A stretch of DNA of 64,000 nucleotides from an uncultured Nitrososphaerota archaeon (lineage in GTDB: Archaea; Korarchaeota; Korarchaeia; Korarchaeales; Korarchaeaceae). The DNA is taken from the NCBI GenBank assembly GCA_964594835.1, contig CAZQNA010000004.1:32001-96000 (forward strand). Reading direction: 5' to 3'. This document shows, piece after piece, positions 54,023-63,439 of this stretch (positions are counted from its first letter, which is position 1; each line of letters opens with the position of its first letter). Below the pieces are notes generated by a model. It ran no database searches and was not told the origin of the DNA. It worked only from the letters and a program-made list of their open reading frames with translations. The position numbers were made by a program, and so were the translations under genes.

Positions 54023-55059
54023 GGCTCTGGATAGACGTCATGACCCCGAAGCAGGCTAGGGTGTTCTCCGAGGTATACAGGCGCGCGAGGGAGAGGGGAC
54101 ACGAGGTCCTGCTGACCGCCCGCCTCCACGGCGAGACCACGCAGATACTCGAGATGGAGGGGATACCCCACGTGACCGCGGGCAGGCACGGGGGCGGGGA
54201 CCCCCTCTCGAAGCTGAGGTCCTACGCCAGTCGGGCCCTGGAGCTGATCGACCCCGTCACGGAGTTTGATCCGGATGTGCTCGTGAGCCTCTCGTCGCCT
54301 GAGGCCACGAGGGTCGCCTTCGGGCTGGGGATAGGGGTGGTCTCCCTGAACGACACCCCGCACTCGGTGCACGTCGGGAGGCTTACCCTCCCCCTCTCGG
54401 ACCGCCTCGTGTATCCGGCCGCGGTCCCGGCCCACAGGTGGCTGGGCCTGGGCGCGAGGTCCGAGTCCCTCAGGCCGTACTACGGGGTGGACGAGGTCTC
54501 TTGGGTTCGGCCGCGCTTGGGCGAGGCGGTACGCGAGGTCGGCGGGAGGCTGGCCGTCGTGAGACCGGAGGAGTCCCACGCCTCCTACCTAGCCGGGTCT
54601 CTGGGCTCCACGAGCGTCGTGGAGCCCTGCCTCCGGTTCCTGCTAGGGAGCGGCTACCGCGTGGTCCTGCTCCCGAGGTACGATGATCAGAGGGAGTACT
54701 TCAGGTCCAGGTACGGGGAGGGGGTCGATATCCCGGAGGGGGCGGTGGACCCGGTCCCCCTGTACGCCTCTGCGGATGTCGTGATATCGGGAGGGGGCAC
54801 CATGTCGCGCGAGGCGGCCATGTTCGGGACGCCCGGGATATCCCTCTTCCCCCTGGACGAGCCCCTCCACGTGGACGAGTTCCTTGCGTCGCTCGGGATA
54901 CCTCTGTTCAGGTTCAGGGACCCGGAGTCGGCGATCCGGCTGCTGCGGGAGATATCCAGGGACCCGGATGGGTTTAGGGTGGACACGGCCCCGATCCTGT
55001 CTCGCCTCGAGAGCCCCGTCGACGTCCTCATCGGTGAGGCCGAGGTGCTCGCCGGCTAG
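54019..55059 (+). CDS. DUF354 family protein (putative GT-B glycosyltransferase)
   Basis: LWID..TPKQ, V..T.R, G.HGG, S.SSPEA.RVAFGLG, VRPEE..A.Y, GGGTM.REAA..GTP. Confidence 0.9.
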   Translation: MRLWIDVMTPKQARVFSEVYRRARERGHEVLLTARLHGETTQILEMEGIPHVTAGRHGGGDPLSKLRSYASRALELIDPVTEFDPDVLVSLSSPEATRVAFGLGIGVVSLNDTPHSVHVGRLTLPLSDRLVYPAAVPAHRWLGLGARSESLRPYYGVDEVSWVRPRLGEAVREVGGRLAVVRPEESHASYLAGSLGSTSVVEPCLRFLLGSGYRVVLLPRYDDQREYFRSRYGEGVDIPEGAVDPVPLYASADVVISGGGTMSREAAMFGTPGISLFPLDEPLHVDEFLASLGIPLFRFRDPESAIRLLREISRDPDGFRVDTAPILSRLESPVDVLIGEAEVLAG

Positions 55060-55065
55060 GCTGGG

Positions 55066-56385
55066 TCACGGGGCCAGCTTGAATCTCCTGAGCAGGCTGT
55101 CGGCTAGGACCGTCAGGGGCTCACTCACCGGGGTCAGGAGCGGGTGGTAGGCGAACTCGACCGTGAGGAGGTCGGTCAGGCTCATCCCTGCGAGTATGGC
55201 CGCGGTCGCCGCGGACACCCTGCCCCAGACCTCCCTCAACCCCCAGAACTGGGCCCCGATGAGCCTCCCCTCCGGCGTGGCCACCACCCACGAGAGGATC
55301 CTGTCGACCCCCGGCGCGAACCTCTCCAGGTCGAGGGTTGAGAGCCTGCCTGAGATGTGGTCGAGCCCCCACCTGGAGGCCTGCGTGGCGGACAGCCCGA
55401 CCCCACCGAGCAGGCGGTCCCCCACGTGGATGACGTAGGGGGACAGCGCCCCCCTGTACCTGAGGCTTCCGCCGACGGCGTTTCTACCGGCGATCCTCCC
55501 CTGAACGAGGGCGGTGGAGACCAGGCCCGTCACGATGGGGCGACCCGTGACGTACTCCCTGACCTCCGCCACGTCTCCCGCGGCGTACACCCCGGGGGCG
55601 GCCCTCAGCTCATCGTCAACCATTATTCCGCCGGTCTCACCTATCGGCAGGCCCGCGTCGGCGGCCAGCCCGGAGTTCGGCCTCACCCCAGCGGCCACGA
55701 TCACGGTGTCGGCCTCTATGACCTGCTCCCCGGCCACCACCTCCGAGACCCTGCCGGTCGGCCCCCTGATCTCCCTGACCGGGGACTTCAGCAGGACCCT
55801 GACCCCGAGGGATCGGAGGTACTTGGCCACCGTCGAGGCCACGGGTGGATCCACCTTGCCCGGCATGAGCTGCTCCATCATCTCGACCAGCCAGACCTCC
55901 CTCCCTGCCTTGGCCAGGGCGCCGGCGACCTCCAGCCCGGTGGCGCTCCCCCCGACCACGACCACCCGCTCTCCCATGTGCCTCAGGATGTACTCGGCGT
56001 CCTCGACGTCCCAGAGGAGCCGAACGCCCTCCAGATCCAGCCCCTCTATAGGGGGCCTCGTTGGCCTGAGGCCCGTGGCTATGACGAGGACGTCGTACTC
56101 GATGGACTCCCGGGACCCCTCCCGCGAGAAGTGCACGGTCCTCCTCTCCAGATCCAGCCCCTCCACCTGGGCGGACGTTATCACCTCGATTCCCGGTCTG
56201 GTTACGCGATCGATCACGCTGTCCAGGGGGATCTGACCGGCCACGACGTACGGGAGGGCGCATGGGTGGTAGGCCGGGTAGGGGTGCCTTTCGAGGACCA
56301 CAACCTCGGCCTCGGGGTCGTCCTTCTTGGCGTAACCCGCCGCGGTCTGTCCCGCCGTCCCGTTGCCGATTACGACTACCCTCAT
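55066..56385 (-). CDS. FAD-dependent pyridine nucleotide-disulfide oxidoreductase (CoA-disulfide reductase/NADH oxidase family)
   Basis: VVIG.G.AG, Y..CALPY redox Cys, ATG, VVGG..TGLE, VYAAGD, G..IGAQ, AY.P. Confidence 0.9.
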   Translation of the reverse strand: MRVVVIGNGTAGQTAAGYAKKDDPEAEVVVLERHPYPAYHPCALPYVVAGQIPLDSVIDRVTRPGIEVITSAQVEGLDLERRTVHFSREGSRESIEYDVLVIATGLRPTRPPIEGLDLEGVRLLWDVEDAEYILRHMGERVVVVGGSATGLEVAGALAKAGREVWLVEMMEQLMPGKVDPPVASTVAKYLRSLGVRVLLKSPVREIRGPTGRVSEVVAGEQVIEADTVIVAAGVRPNSGLAADAGLPIGETGGIMVDDELRAAPGVYAAGDVAEVREYVTGRPIVTGLVSTALVQGRIAGRNAVGGSLRYRGALSPYVIHVGDRLLGGVGLSATQASRWGLDHISGRLSTLDLERFAPGVDRILSWVVATPEGRLIGAQFWGLREVWGRVSAATAAILAGMSLTDLLTVEFAYHPLLTPVSEPLTVLADSLLRRFKLAP

Positions 56386-56437
56386 CGCCCTCGGCGGACG
56401 CGGGATAAGTTAAAAGCCCACGCCCGCCGGTCGGGCG

Positions 56438-57226
56438 ATGCCCCACCTGCAGCTGATCAGGGTCTCGGAGGCCAGGCCCGAGAGGAGGCTCGTCCTCGTG
56501 CAGGGTGTGCCGGGCCTGGGCCTCGTGGGCAAGATCGCGGTTCAGTACCTCATCGACGTCTCCGGCCCGAGGCTGGTGGCGAGGATATTCAGCGACTACC
56601 TGCCCCTCCCGGACGGGAGCGCTGGGGTGAGGGTGTCCGACGGGGACGTCTCCCCCCCGACCTACGACCTCTACCTCCTCAGCGATCCGGACGCCCAGGC
56701 TGACTTCCTCCTGCTCACCTCGGACGTTCAGCCCATACCCTGGGGGCAGTACTCCGTCGGGGAGTTCGTCCTGGATTACGCCCAGGAGCTTGGGGTCCGG
56801 GAGCTGCTGACTTTCGGCGGGTACGTCCCGGGCAGCCCCGAGGTCCAGGGCGTCTTCGCCGCCTCCAACGACGAGTCCCTCTGGAGGCGGCTCGAGGAGG
56901 CTGGCGTGATGAGGCTCGAGGGGGGTTTCGTCACCGGCGCCGCGGGACTCCTCGTCGGGCTGGCCCACCTCAGGGGAATACCCAGCGCCTGCGTCCTCAG
57001 CACGACCGAGGGGCAGAGGCCCGACCCCAGGGCCTCCAAGAGACTGCTCCTGCTGCTGGAGAAGATGTACGGGCTCACCGTTGACCTCTCCACCCTGGAC
57101 GAGATGATAAGGGAGGAGGAGTCCGTCCGATCACTCCTGGAGGAGAAGGCCAAGCAAGCCCTGGAGAGAAAGCGTGAGTGGGTGGAGAGAAAGGAGGGAG
57201 AGGAGGGTCTCCCCTATCACATCTGA
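56438..57226 (+). CDS. Proteasome assembly chaperone PAC2 family (second paralog)
   Basis: G.PGLGLVGKIA..YL, D.QP...GQY, T.GG, G..GLL, PDP.A...L. Confidence 0.9.
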   Translation: MPHLQLIRVSEARPERRLVLVQGVPGLGLVGKIAVQYLIDVSGPRLVARIFSDYLPLPDGSAGVRVSDGDVSPPTYDLYLLSDPDAQADFLLLTSDVQPIPWGQYSVGEFVLDYAQELGVRELLTFGGYVPGSPEVQGVFAASNDESLWRRLEEAGVMRLEGGFVTGAAGLLVGLAHLRGIPSACVLSTTEGQRPDPRASKRLLLLLEKMYGLTVDLSTLDEMIREEESVRSLLEEKAKQALERKREWVERKEGEEGLPYHI

Positions 57227-57239
57227 GCCCCTCAGCTCG

Positions 57240-57848
57240 CTACTCCACTCTGACCCTCCTCTCCTTCACCTCGGCCCTTCCTCCGCCCCGCTTTGGGAGC
57301 CTGACCTCCAGTATGCCGTTGCTGTAGGTGGCCCTCGCTCCCTCTGGCTCGACCTCGGACGGGAGGCTCACCTCGGCGCTGTAGGGCCTCGCCCTTATGG
57401 TGAGCCTCCTCTCCGTGGCTGAGACCTCGATGTCCTCCTTCCTGACCCCTGGTATCTCGGCGACTACGACGATCTCGTCCCCGAAGTCCATGACATCCAG
57501 AACGGGCTCTCTGGTTATCTCTTCTCCCTCCCCCTCTCTCCTCCTGGTCTCTATCTCCTCTATCTCCCCCGACCCCTCCCCCTTCTTCGGCGGGGGTACG
57601 TTTCCAAACCTCCTGATTATCGGCCTGCCGTCGGGCCCGATGGTCATGTAGTACCCGTACACGAAGGGGGCCCTGAACTCTATCCCGCTCGGGGCCGTGA
57701 ACCTGGGGAGCCTGTCCTCAAGCTCCTCCAGGTCCTCCATGGACATCAGCTCCTCCAGCTGCCTCTCCATATCCTTCTGGACCTCTCGGATGAACCTCAT
57801 TATCTCCCTGATCCACTCCTCGAAGGGGTCCCTTTCCTCCCTCCCCAT
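57240..57848 (-). CDS. hsp20: Archaeal small heat shock protein Hsp20
   Basis: DPF, P.VYG...TIGPDG.P.IR.FGN, REP..DV, AE.PGV.KEDI, A.Y.NGILEV.L.K; ATG at 57848. Confidence 0.95.
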   Translation of the reverse strand: MGREERDPFEEWIREIMRFIREVQKDMERQLEELMSMEDLEELEDRLPRFTAPSGIEFRAPFVYGYYMTIGPDGRPIIRRFGNVPPPKKGEGSGEIEEIETRRREGEGEEITREPVLDVMDFGDEIVVVAEIPGVRKEDIEVSATERRLTIRARPYSAEVSLPSEVEPEGARATYSNGILEVRLPKRGGGRAEVKERRVRVE

Positions 57849-57865
57849 CTGATCGCCTCGCGGAT

Positions 57866-57886
57866 AGGTTGGATTAACCCCAACCT
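57866..57886. promoter_or_regulatory. Perfect inverted repeat in hsp20 promoter (candidate operator)
   Basis: AGGTTGG-N7-CCAACCT between a TATA-like GTTAAG (minus strand) and the hsp20 start. Confidence 0.5.
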
Positions 57887-60591
57887 TAACTGTTTCCGAC
57901 CCCCAGGCTCGGCGGGAGGGTGACCCTCGAGACGCCCTCCCTCCTCTCCATGTTGTACAGGGAGTCTGCCACCTCCTCAAACTCTCCGGAGTGGGTGACG
58001 ACTATCACCTGCGGGATGTCGAGTTCACCGATCGCCGAGACGAGCTCTCTCCTCCTCTCGGAGTCCAGGTGGACCGTGGGCTCGTCCAGGAGGATGGACT
58101 CCAGGGAGGTGCCGGCCATGGCCCGGGCGAGCCCCAGCCTCAGGGAGAGGGCCAGGGCAACCTGCTCTCCGCCGCTCAGCTGGCGGAACGTGAACCTCTC
58201 GCCCCCTCTGATCAGCGCGACCTCGTAGTCCTCAGACAGCTCGAGGCCGTCGAAGTCGATCCCGAATCTAGAGAGTATCTCGTTGGCGTAGTGCTCCAGC
58301 ACCGGCCTCGCGCTCTCCCTCAGGGCCCTCTGAATTCCCTCTCTTCCAAAGGACCTCCTGACCTCCTCCAGCGCCTCGATAAATCCTGAGAGCTTGGTTC
58401 TCTCGGCCTCAAGCTCTTTGAGCTCCATGGCCAGCCTCTCTAGGTCCTCCAGCCGCCTCTCCAGCTCCTCCCTCTTCCCGCTCAGCTTCTCCCTCCTGGC
58501 GAGGGTCTCTTGGAACTCCCCCTTGAGTCGATCGAGTTCGAGCAGGAGACCTGAGTAGCGTGCCTCGTCGAATCCCAGACCCACCAGACTGGATTCGATC
58601 TCGCTCAGCCTCCTCCCAAGCTCCCTCTCCCTCTCCCTCTCCCGTCTCAGGAGCGTAGCAAGCTCCCTACTTGTTTCAATGAGACTCTCAAGCCCCTTAA
58701 GCTTCTCTCTGGCCTCCCTGGCCTGCCTCAACGCCTCGCTTACGTCTTTGATTCGCTTACCCAGCCTGCCAAGCAGGTCGTTGCGCTTCCTTCGGTTCTC
58801 CTCCATCTGACGCCTGAGGGACTCAATCCTCTTGAGGCGATCCGCCTCCCCCTGAGACAGCCTCCTCGCCAGGGACTTGGCGGCTCTCAGCTCGGCGAGT
58901 TCTCCCTCGAGCCTCGAGGACGTCTCCTGGAGTTCCGCCAGCCGGGAGACGAGGTCACTCCGCCGCCCGAGCTCGGCCTCGATCCCCCGCAGCTCCTCCT
59001 CCAGCCGCCTCACCCTCTCGACGAGGGCCTCCCTCTCCGCCACCGCCTTCGGCAGGCTGGCCTTCTCGGCCAGCCGCTCGAACTCCCTGAGTGCCCCCAT
59101 CATCCCCTCGATCCGCTCGAGCTCTTCCCTGGCTTTCCCCAACTCGGCCTCTCCCTCCTCAAGCTCCTCCCTAAGAGCCCGCCTTGCCCTCTCCGACCCG
59201 CTCGCATCGAGCCGGGAGCCGCAGAGTGGGCAGACGTCGGGAATCTTGTCCAGGGCGTCTAGGAGTTCTCGGGGGAGCTTCACTCTCCCTCGGGCGTACT
59301 CTGCCCTCTTCTCCAGCTCCGCCACAGTCTGACTCGCCTGCCTCGCCTCGGATAGGAGCCTCTCCCCCTCACGACACAGCGAGTCCAGGTCGCTAAGCCC
59401 CAGCTCTCGGGGGAGCCTCCGGAGAAGCTCCTCCAGCCGACGGTCGAGCTCCTCAAGGTTTGCCCTCGCCTTCATGAGCTGAGCCGAGATCTCCTCGGCC
59501 CTCTGCCCCCTCGCGTCCACCAGCGCGAGCTCCCGGGACACGGCCTCGAGCTCCCGGGACACGGCCTCGAGCTCCCGCTGAACGGACTCCAGCCGCTCGG
59601 CCGCCCTCCTGGCCTCCTCCAGAGACCTCTGCTCACCCTCTAGGGCCGCGAGCTCAGCCTCCAGCGCGCTGTAGGCCTTCGTCAGGGAGTCGAACTCCGA
59701 GAGGATGGGCTCAAGCTCGGCCATCGACCTGAGCTCATCCAGCTGAGAAAGTTCCCTGTCCAGACCCTCCAACCGAGCCTCGATCTGAGAGATCCTATCT
59801 CTGCACGCCTTCATGTCCCGCTCAATCTGCTCCCTCGACTCGGTCAGTCTGAGGTACTCGTCCCTGAGGGATCTCAGCTTCCTCTCCTCGCCCTCCAGCG
59901 AGTCAAGCTTGGACTTGAGCTCCCTCAGCTCCCCGTCGACCCTCTCCAGCTCCTTCAAGACCTCCGACAGGCCCCGCCTGACCTGGTCCGCGGAGCTCAG
60001 CTGCCTCTCGAGGGTGGAGATCTCCCCCTCCAGTCGCTCAAGCCTGGACCTGAACCCTCCCAGGGCCTCTCCCAGGTCCCTCTCCATCCTGTCGAAGAGC
60101 TCTCCCCCGAGGAGGCGGTTTATCGTGTCCATCCTCTTGGCCGGCCTCTCGCTGAGGAAGCCCAGGATCTCGCCCTGCCTTATGTACATGGCCGTGACGA
60201 AGGCCTCGGGATTTGTCCCGAGGACCCTGGTGAGCTCGGCACTGACGTCCCTCTGGGAGGTCTGCAGCAGCCTCCAGCCAGAGTCCTCCCTCACCATGAG
60301 GCGGGCCTGCGGCCCGGAGCGATCTCTCCTCCGCCAAACCAGGTAGGTCCTGCCGCCCTGCTCGAACTCCAGCTCCACCTCCATGGACCGGGAGCCCCTC
60401 CGCGTCAGGTCGGAGATCCCTCCCCTGAACAGCTCGGGGAACAGGGCGTAGGCTATGCCCTCCAGCAGGGAGGTCTTGCCCGCCCCGTTCTGCCCGATGA
60501 TTGCGTTGACACCGTCTCCAAACGTGACCTCGGTCTCCGCGTGCGATCTGAAGTTTCGAAGCCTGACACGCCTTATCCTCAAGCCCCCCAC
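57886..60591 (-). CDS. rad50: DNA double-strand break repair ATPase Rad50
   Basis: NFRSH, GQNGAGKTS, YIRQGEI, coiled coil with central CPLC hook, LSGGE, LLDEPT.HLD, VTH. Confidence 0.96.
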   Translation of the reverse strand: MGGLRIRRVRLRNFRSHAETEVTFGDGVNAIIGQNGAGKTSLLEGIAYALFPELFRGGISDLTRRGSRSMEVELEFEQGGRTYLVWRRRDRSGPQARLMVREDSGWRLLQTSQRDVSAELTRVLGTNPEAFVTAMYIRQGEILGFLSERPAKRMDTINRLLGGELFDRMERDLGEALGGFRSRLERLEGEISTLERQLSSADQVRRGLSEVLKELERVDGELRELKSKLDSLEGEERKLRSLRDEYLRLTESREQIERDMKACRDRISQIEARLEGLDRELSQLDELRSMAELEPILSEFDSLTKAYSALEAELAALEGEQRSLEEARRAAERLESVQRELEAVSRELEAVSRELALVDARGQRAEEISAQLMKARANLEELDRRLEELLRRLPRELGLSDLDSLCREGERLLSEARQASQTVAELEKRAEYARGRVKLPRELLDALDKIPDVCPLCGSRLDASGSERARRALREELEEGEAELGKAREELERIEGMMGALREFERLAEKASLPKAVAEREALVERVRRLEEELRGIEAELGRRSDLVSRLAELQETSSRLEGELAELRAAKSLARRLSQGEADRLKRIESLRRQMEENRRKRNDLLGRLGKRIKDVSEALRQAREAREKLKGLESLIETSRELATLLRRERERERELGRRLSEIESSLVGLGFDEARYSGLLLELDRLKGEFQETLARREKLSGKREELERRLEDLERLAMELKELEAERTKLSGFIEALEEVRRSFGREGIQRALRESARPVLEHYANEILSRFGIDFDGLELSEDYEVALIRGGERFTFRQLSGGEQVALALSLRLGLARAMAGTSLESILLDEPTVHLDSERRRELVSAIGELDIPQVIVVTHSGEFEEVADSLYNMERREGVSRVTLPPSLGVGNS
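59526..59577. repeat. Exact 21-bp tandem duplication (about 2.5 copies) within the rad50 coiled coil
   Basis: CGAGCTCCCGGGACACGGCCT twice plus a partial copy; encodes RELEAVS-RELEAVS-REL. Confidence 0.9.
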
Positions 60592-61778
60592 CCCTCGTAT
60601 ATCTTCTCAAGCTCTCTGATCAGTTCCTTCCGTCCCTTCCCCTCGGAGTAGAGTCTGTAGATCTCTATTGCGAGCCTCCTCACCCTGTCGTCTGGTATGA
60701 TCTCCCGAAAGGCCGCCTCGACGTCGATCTTCGGCTCGATGGAGACCTCGGCCTCCCCGCCGACATCGATCCGCCTGAGCCTCACGAACACCCGCAGGAC
60801 CCTACCCTCGAGGGCTTCCCTCAGCGAATCCTGGAACGCCTTCACGTCCCTGGGGTCCAGCCTTGCCGAGGAGAGAGACACCCTGACGACGGGGGGCTTG
60901 TCCCAGGCGCGGCCCCCTACCCTGCCCTCGATCTCGTCCGCGAGCCTCTCCAGGCGGCCCGGGTCGTCCACCCTCTCCCTGAACACGAAGAACGGCCTTA
61001 TGGAGCGCAGGTTCAGCGGGGATATGCGCGCCTCCCCTCCCTCCAGCTCCACGACGTAGATCCCCTTCCCGTACACCTCCAGCTTGTCCGCCTCCCTCTC
61101 CTCCACGACCTCCAGGGATCCGGAGTAGGCTATCGGCCTCCTCTGCGTGGTCTTCCTCGGGAAGTTCCTGTCGTGAACGTGGCCCATAGCGTAGTAGCTG
61201 AAGGCCAGTCGGTCCAGGGTCGACCTGTCGATCTCCGCCTTCTGAGGCGGGACCATCGGCTTGACGGCCTGGTGGAGGATCAGTATCACCTCCCGCCCGG
61301 GAGACTCCCTCACGCGCGCCGATATTGCCTCCAAGGCCGCCCTCAGAGAGTCCGCCTCCTGCCGGGGGGTGTACGGAAGGCCGGCCACGGCGACGCCGTC
61401 CAGCTCCGCGATCGGGCGGGAGTAGCCGAGGTTCACGAAGCCCCCCGGGAGGGCCTCCTCGAAGAGCGGGAGGGGGGAGGCCCGACCTCCCCCCGGGACG
61501 GGCCCGAGGTCGTGATTGCCGGCGACCGCGTACACCCTGACGCCGGAGTCCACGATCCTCTTCAGCCCCACGAAGGCGCTCACGAGGGTCGTGGGGGAGG
61601 GCCTGTAGGAGTCGAACAGGTCGCCCGAGAACGCCACGAACTCGGGCCTGGCGCGGAGGGTGAGCTCCACCGCCTCGTTGAACGCCTCGAGGAAGTCCCT
61701 CTCCCTCTCCTCCAGCCCGTACTGCCTCCGGCCCAGGTGCGCGTCGGCCAGGTGGACGAACCTGACCAATCCGCTCAC
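60579..61778 (-). CDS. mre11: DNA double-strand break repair nuclease Mre11
   Basis: D.HLG.RQY, GDLFD, GNHD, HQ, YYAMGHVH, YSGS phosphoesterase motifs. Confidence 0.96.
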   Translation of the reverse strand: MSGLVRFVHLADAHLGRRQYGLEERERDFLEAFNEAVELTLRARPEFVAFSGDLFDSYRPSPTTLVSAFVGLKRIVDSGVRVYAVAGNHDLGPVPGGGRASPLPLFEEALPGGFVNLGYSRPIAELDGVAVAGLPYTPRQEADSLRAALEAISARVRESPGREVILILHQAVKPMVPPQKAEIDRSTLDRLAFSYYAMGHVHDRNFPRKTTQRRPIAYSGSLEVVEEREADKLEVYGKGIYVVELEGGEARISPLNLRSIRPFFVFRERVDDPGRLERLADEIEGRVGGRAWDKPPVVRVSLSSARLDPRDVKAFQDSLREALEGRVLRVFVRLRRIDVGGEAEVSIEPKIDVEAAFREIIPDDRVRRLAIEIYRLYSEGKGRKELIRELEKIYEGWGA

Positions 61779-63439
61779 CTCACCATGTCCGCGTAGCCCC
61801 CGGAGGGCCTCTCTCGACCCCGGCTACGGGCCCTGGACCACTCCTCCGTCGCCCTGAGGCTCTCCCCTCCCCTGACCCCCCCGAACAGGTCAACCTTCAC
61901 GATGGCCGGGAGCCTGACCATCGGTCCCACTATGACTGCCTCCCCCACGTTGAGGGACGGGAGGTAGCCGACTAGGTCCTCGCTGAGGAACTCAGTGGCC
62001 CTCCGGACGTACGCCTGGTCCTCCGGCTCGACCACCCTTAGTATGATCTTGTTGATCATCTGAGACAGGACATCGGGGTCAAGCCTCTTGGGCCTCTGGC
62101 TCACCAGCGTGAGCCCGACCCCGAACTTCCTCCCCTCCCTCGCGACTCGGGAGGCGGCGTGCCTCGTGTAGGTGTCCCTGTCGCCTGGGATGAGTATGTG
62201 CGCCTCCTCGAGGACCACCATGACCGGCAGCGGCGGCGAGTCCTCGGGCGGCTCCCCACCCGACCTCCTGGCGGCGATTGCCCGCTTGGCCCTGGAGAGG
62301 AGCGTCGTCAGCGTGTGGCCGACCAGGACGTCGGCGGCGTCCTCACCGAGGGGCCCCATGTCCACCACGACAACCCTGCCGTTGCTCAGCAGAGACACGA
62401 TCTCGGGGGCGGCGGCCGACAGCAGCGACCCCCTTGACTCCTTCAGGTGGGTGAGCCTGGAGAGGAGGCCGTAGAGGCTGTTCCTGGCGTCCCTGTCCAC
62501 GGAGAAGCTGACCTCGGGTCCCAGCGAGACGGCCCCAGAGGTCTCCCCCGCCTCGACTGCATCCTTCACGACCTCGGCGATGGCTATCATCCCATCGAGA
62601 ATGTTTCCCGGCTCCGGATCTTCAATCCCAGCCCGCCTCACGATTGAGTCGAGCATGTCCTTCCCCCTGAGCGACCACGCCGCCCTCCAGAGCCTCCTGA
62701 GGTAGATGTACTGCCTCGCCGCCTTCTCGAAGTTGATGCCCAGGAGGTAGGAGAACTCGGACAGGCTCAGGGAGTTCACGTTGATCTTCGGCTCTACCGT
62801 GATCACCTCTCCCGGGGCGCCCGGGCTCAGGGTCATGCCGCTGTACTCCGAGTGGAGGTCGAAGAGCAGGACGACTCCGTCGAGTTCAAGGATCTTCTCA
62901 ACAATCACCGCGACGGCGTTGGACTTTCCGGCCCCGGTCACGGCCAGAATGGCGAGGTGCCGCGAGATCATCTCGTTTGGGTCGAGCAGGACCCTGACGT
63001 CCCCCCTGGTGAGCAGGTGTCCGATGTCTACTCCGGGTCCGGGCGGCGCGAAGACCCTCCTCAGCTCCCGGGCGGGGGCCCTGTAGACCCCTGCGCCGCT
63101 GGGCGGCGGGGTCCTGGGGAGAACCAGGCTCACCTCACCCCCCTCCTCCTCGACCCGCCCCAGCAGCTTGACCCTCGCCCGGGACCAGTGCGAGGGCTCC
63201 CCGACGAGTTCTATTATCCGGTCCGCCTCGGACGCCGAGAGGAGGCTCTTGCCCGAGAGCTCCCTGCTTCCCCTCTCCACGTGGGTTATCATCCCGAGGA
63301 TCCAGGATCCCTCGCCGTGCATCACGGCGACGTAGTCCCCGACCTCGGGGACGACCCCCTCCTCGGCGACGAACTCCACCTGGGAGGGGGTCGTGACCTC
63401 GACCACGGTCCCTAACCTGTCGACCTCCCTCAGGCTCAC
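61775..63439 (-). CDS. herA: DNA double-strand break repair helicase HerA
   Basis: HAS barrel, RHLAILAVTGAGKS, D.H.EY, EEAH, REGRKFG, SQRP, L..GEA. Confidence 0.96.
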   Translation of the reverse strand: MSLREVDRLGTVVEVTTPSQVEFVAEEGVVPEVGDYVAVMHGEGSWILGMITHVERGSRELSGKSLLSASEADRIIELVGEPSHWSRARVKLLGRVEEEGGEVSLVLPRTPPPSGAGVYRAPARELRRVFAPPGPGVDIGHLLTRGDVRVLLDPNEMISRHLAILAVTGAGKSNAVAVIVEKILELDGVVLLFDLHSEYSGMTLSPGAPGEVITVEPKINVNSLSLSEFSYLLGINFEKAARQYIYLRRLWRAAWSLRGKDMLDSIVRRAGIEDPEPGNILDGMIAIAEVVKDAVEAGETSGAVSLGPEVSFSVDRDARNSLYGLLSRLTHLKESRGSLLSAAAPEIVSLLSNGRVVVVDMGPLGEDAADVLVGHTLTTLLSRAKRAIAARRSGGEPPEDSPPLPVMVVLEEAHILIPGDRDTYTRHAASRVAREGRKFGVGLTLVSQRPKRLDPDVLSQMINKIILRVVEPEDQAYVRRATEFLSEDLVGYLPSLNVGEAVIVGPMVRLPAIVKVDLFGGVRGGESLRATEEWSRARSRGRERPSGGYADMVR

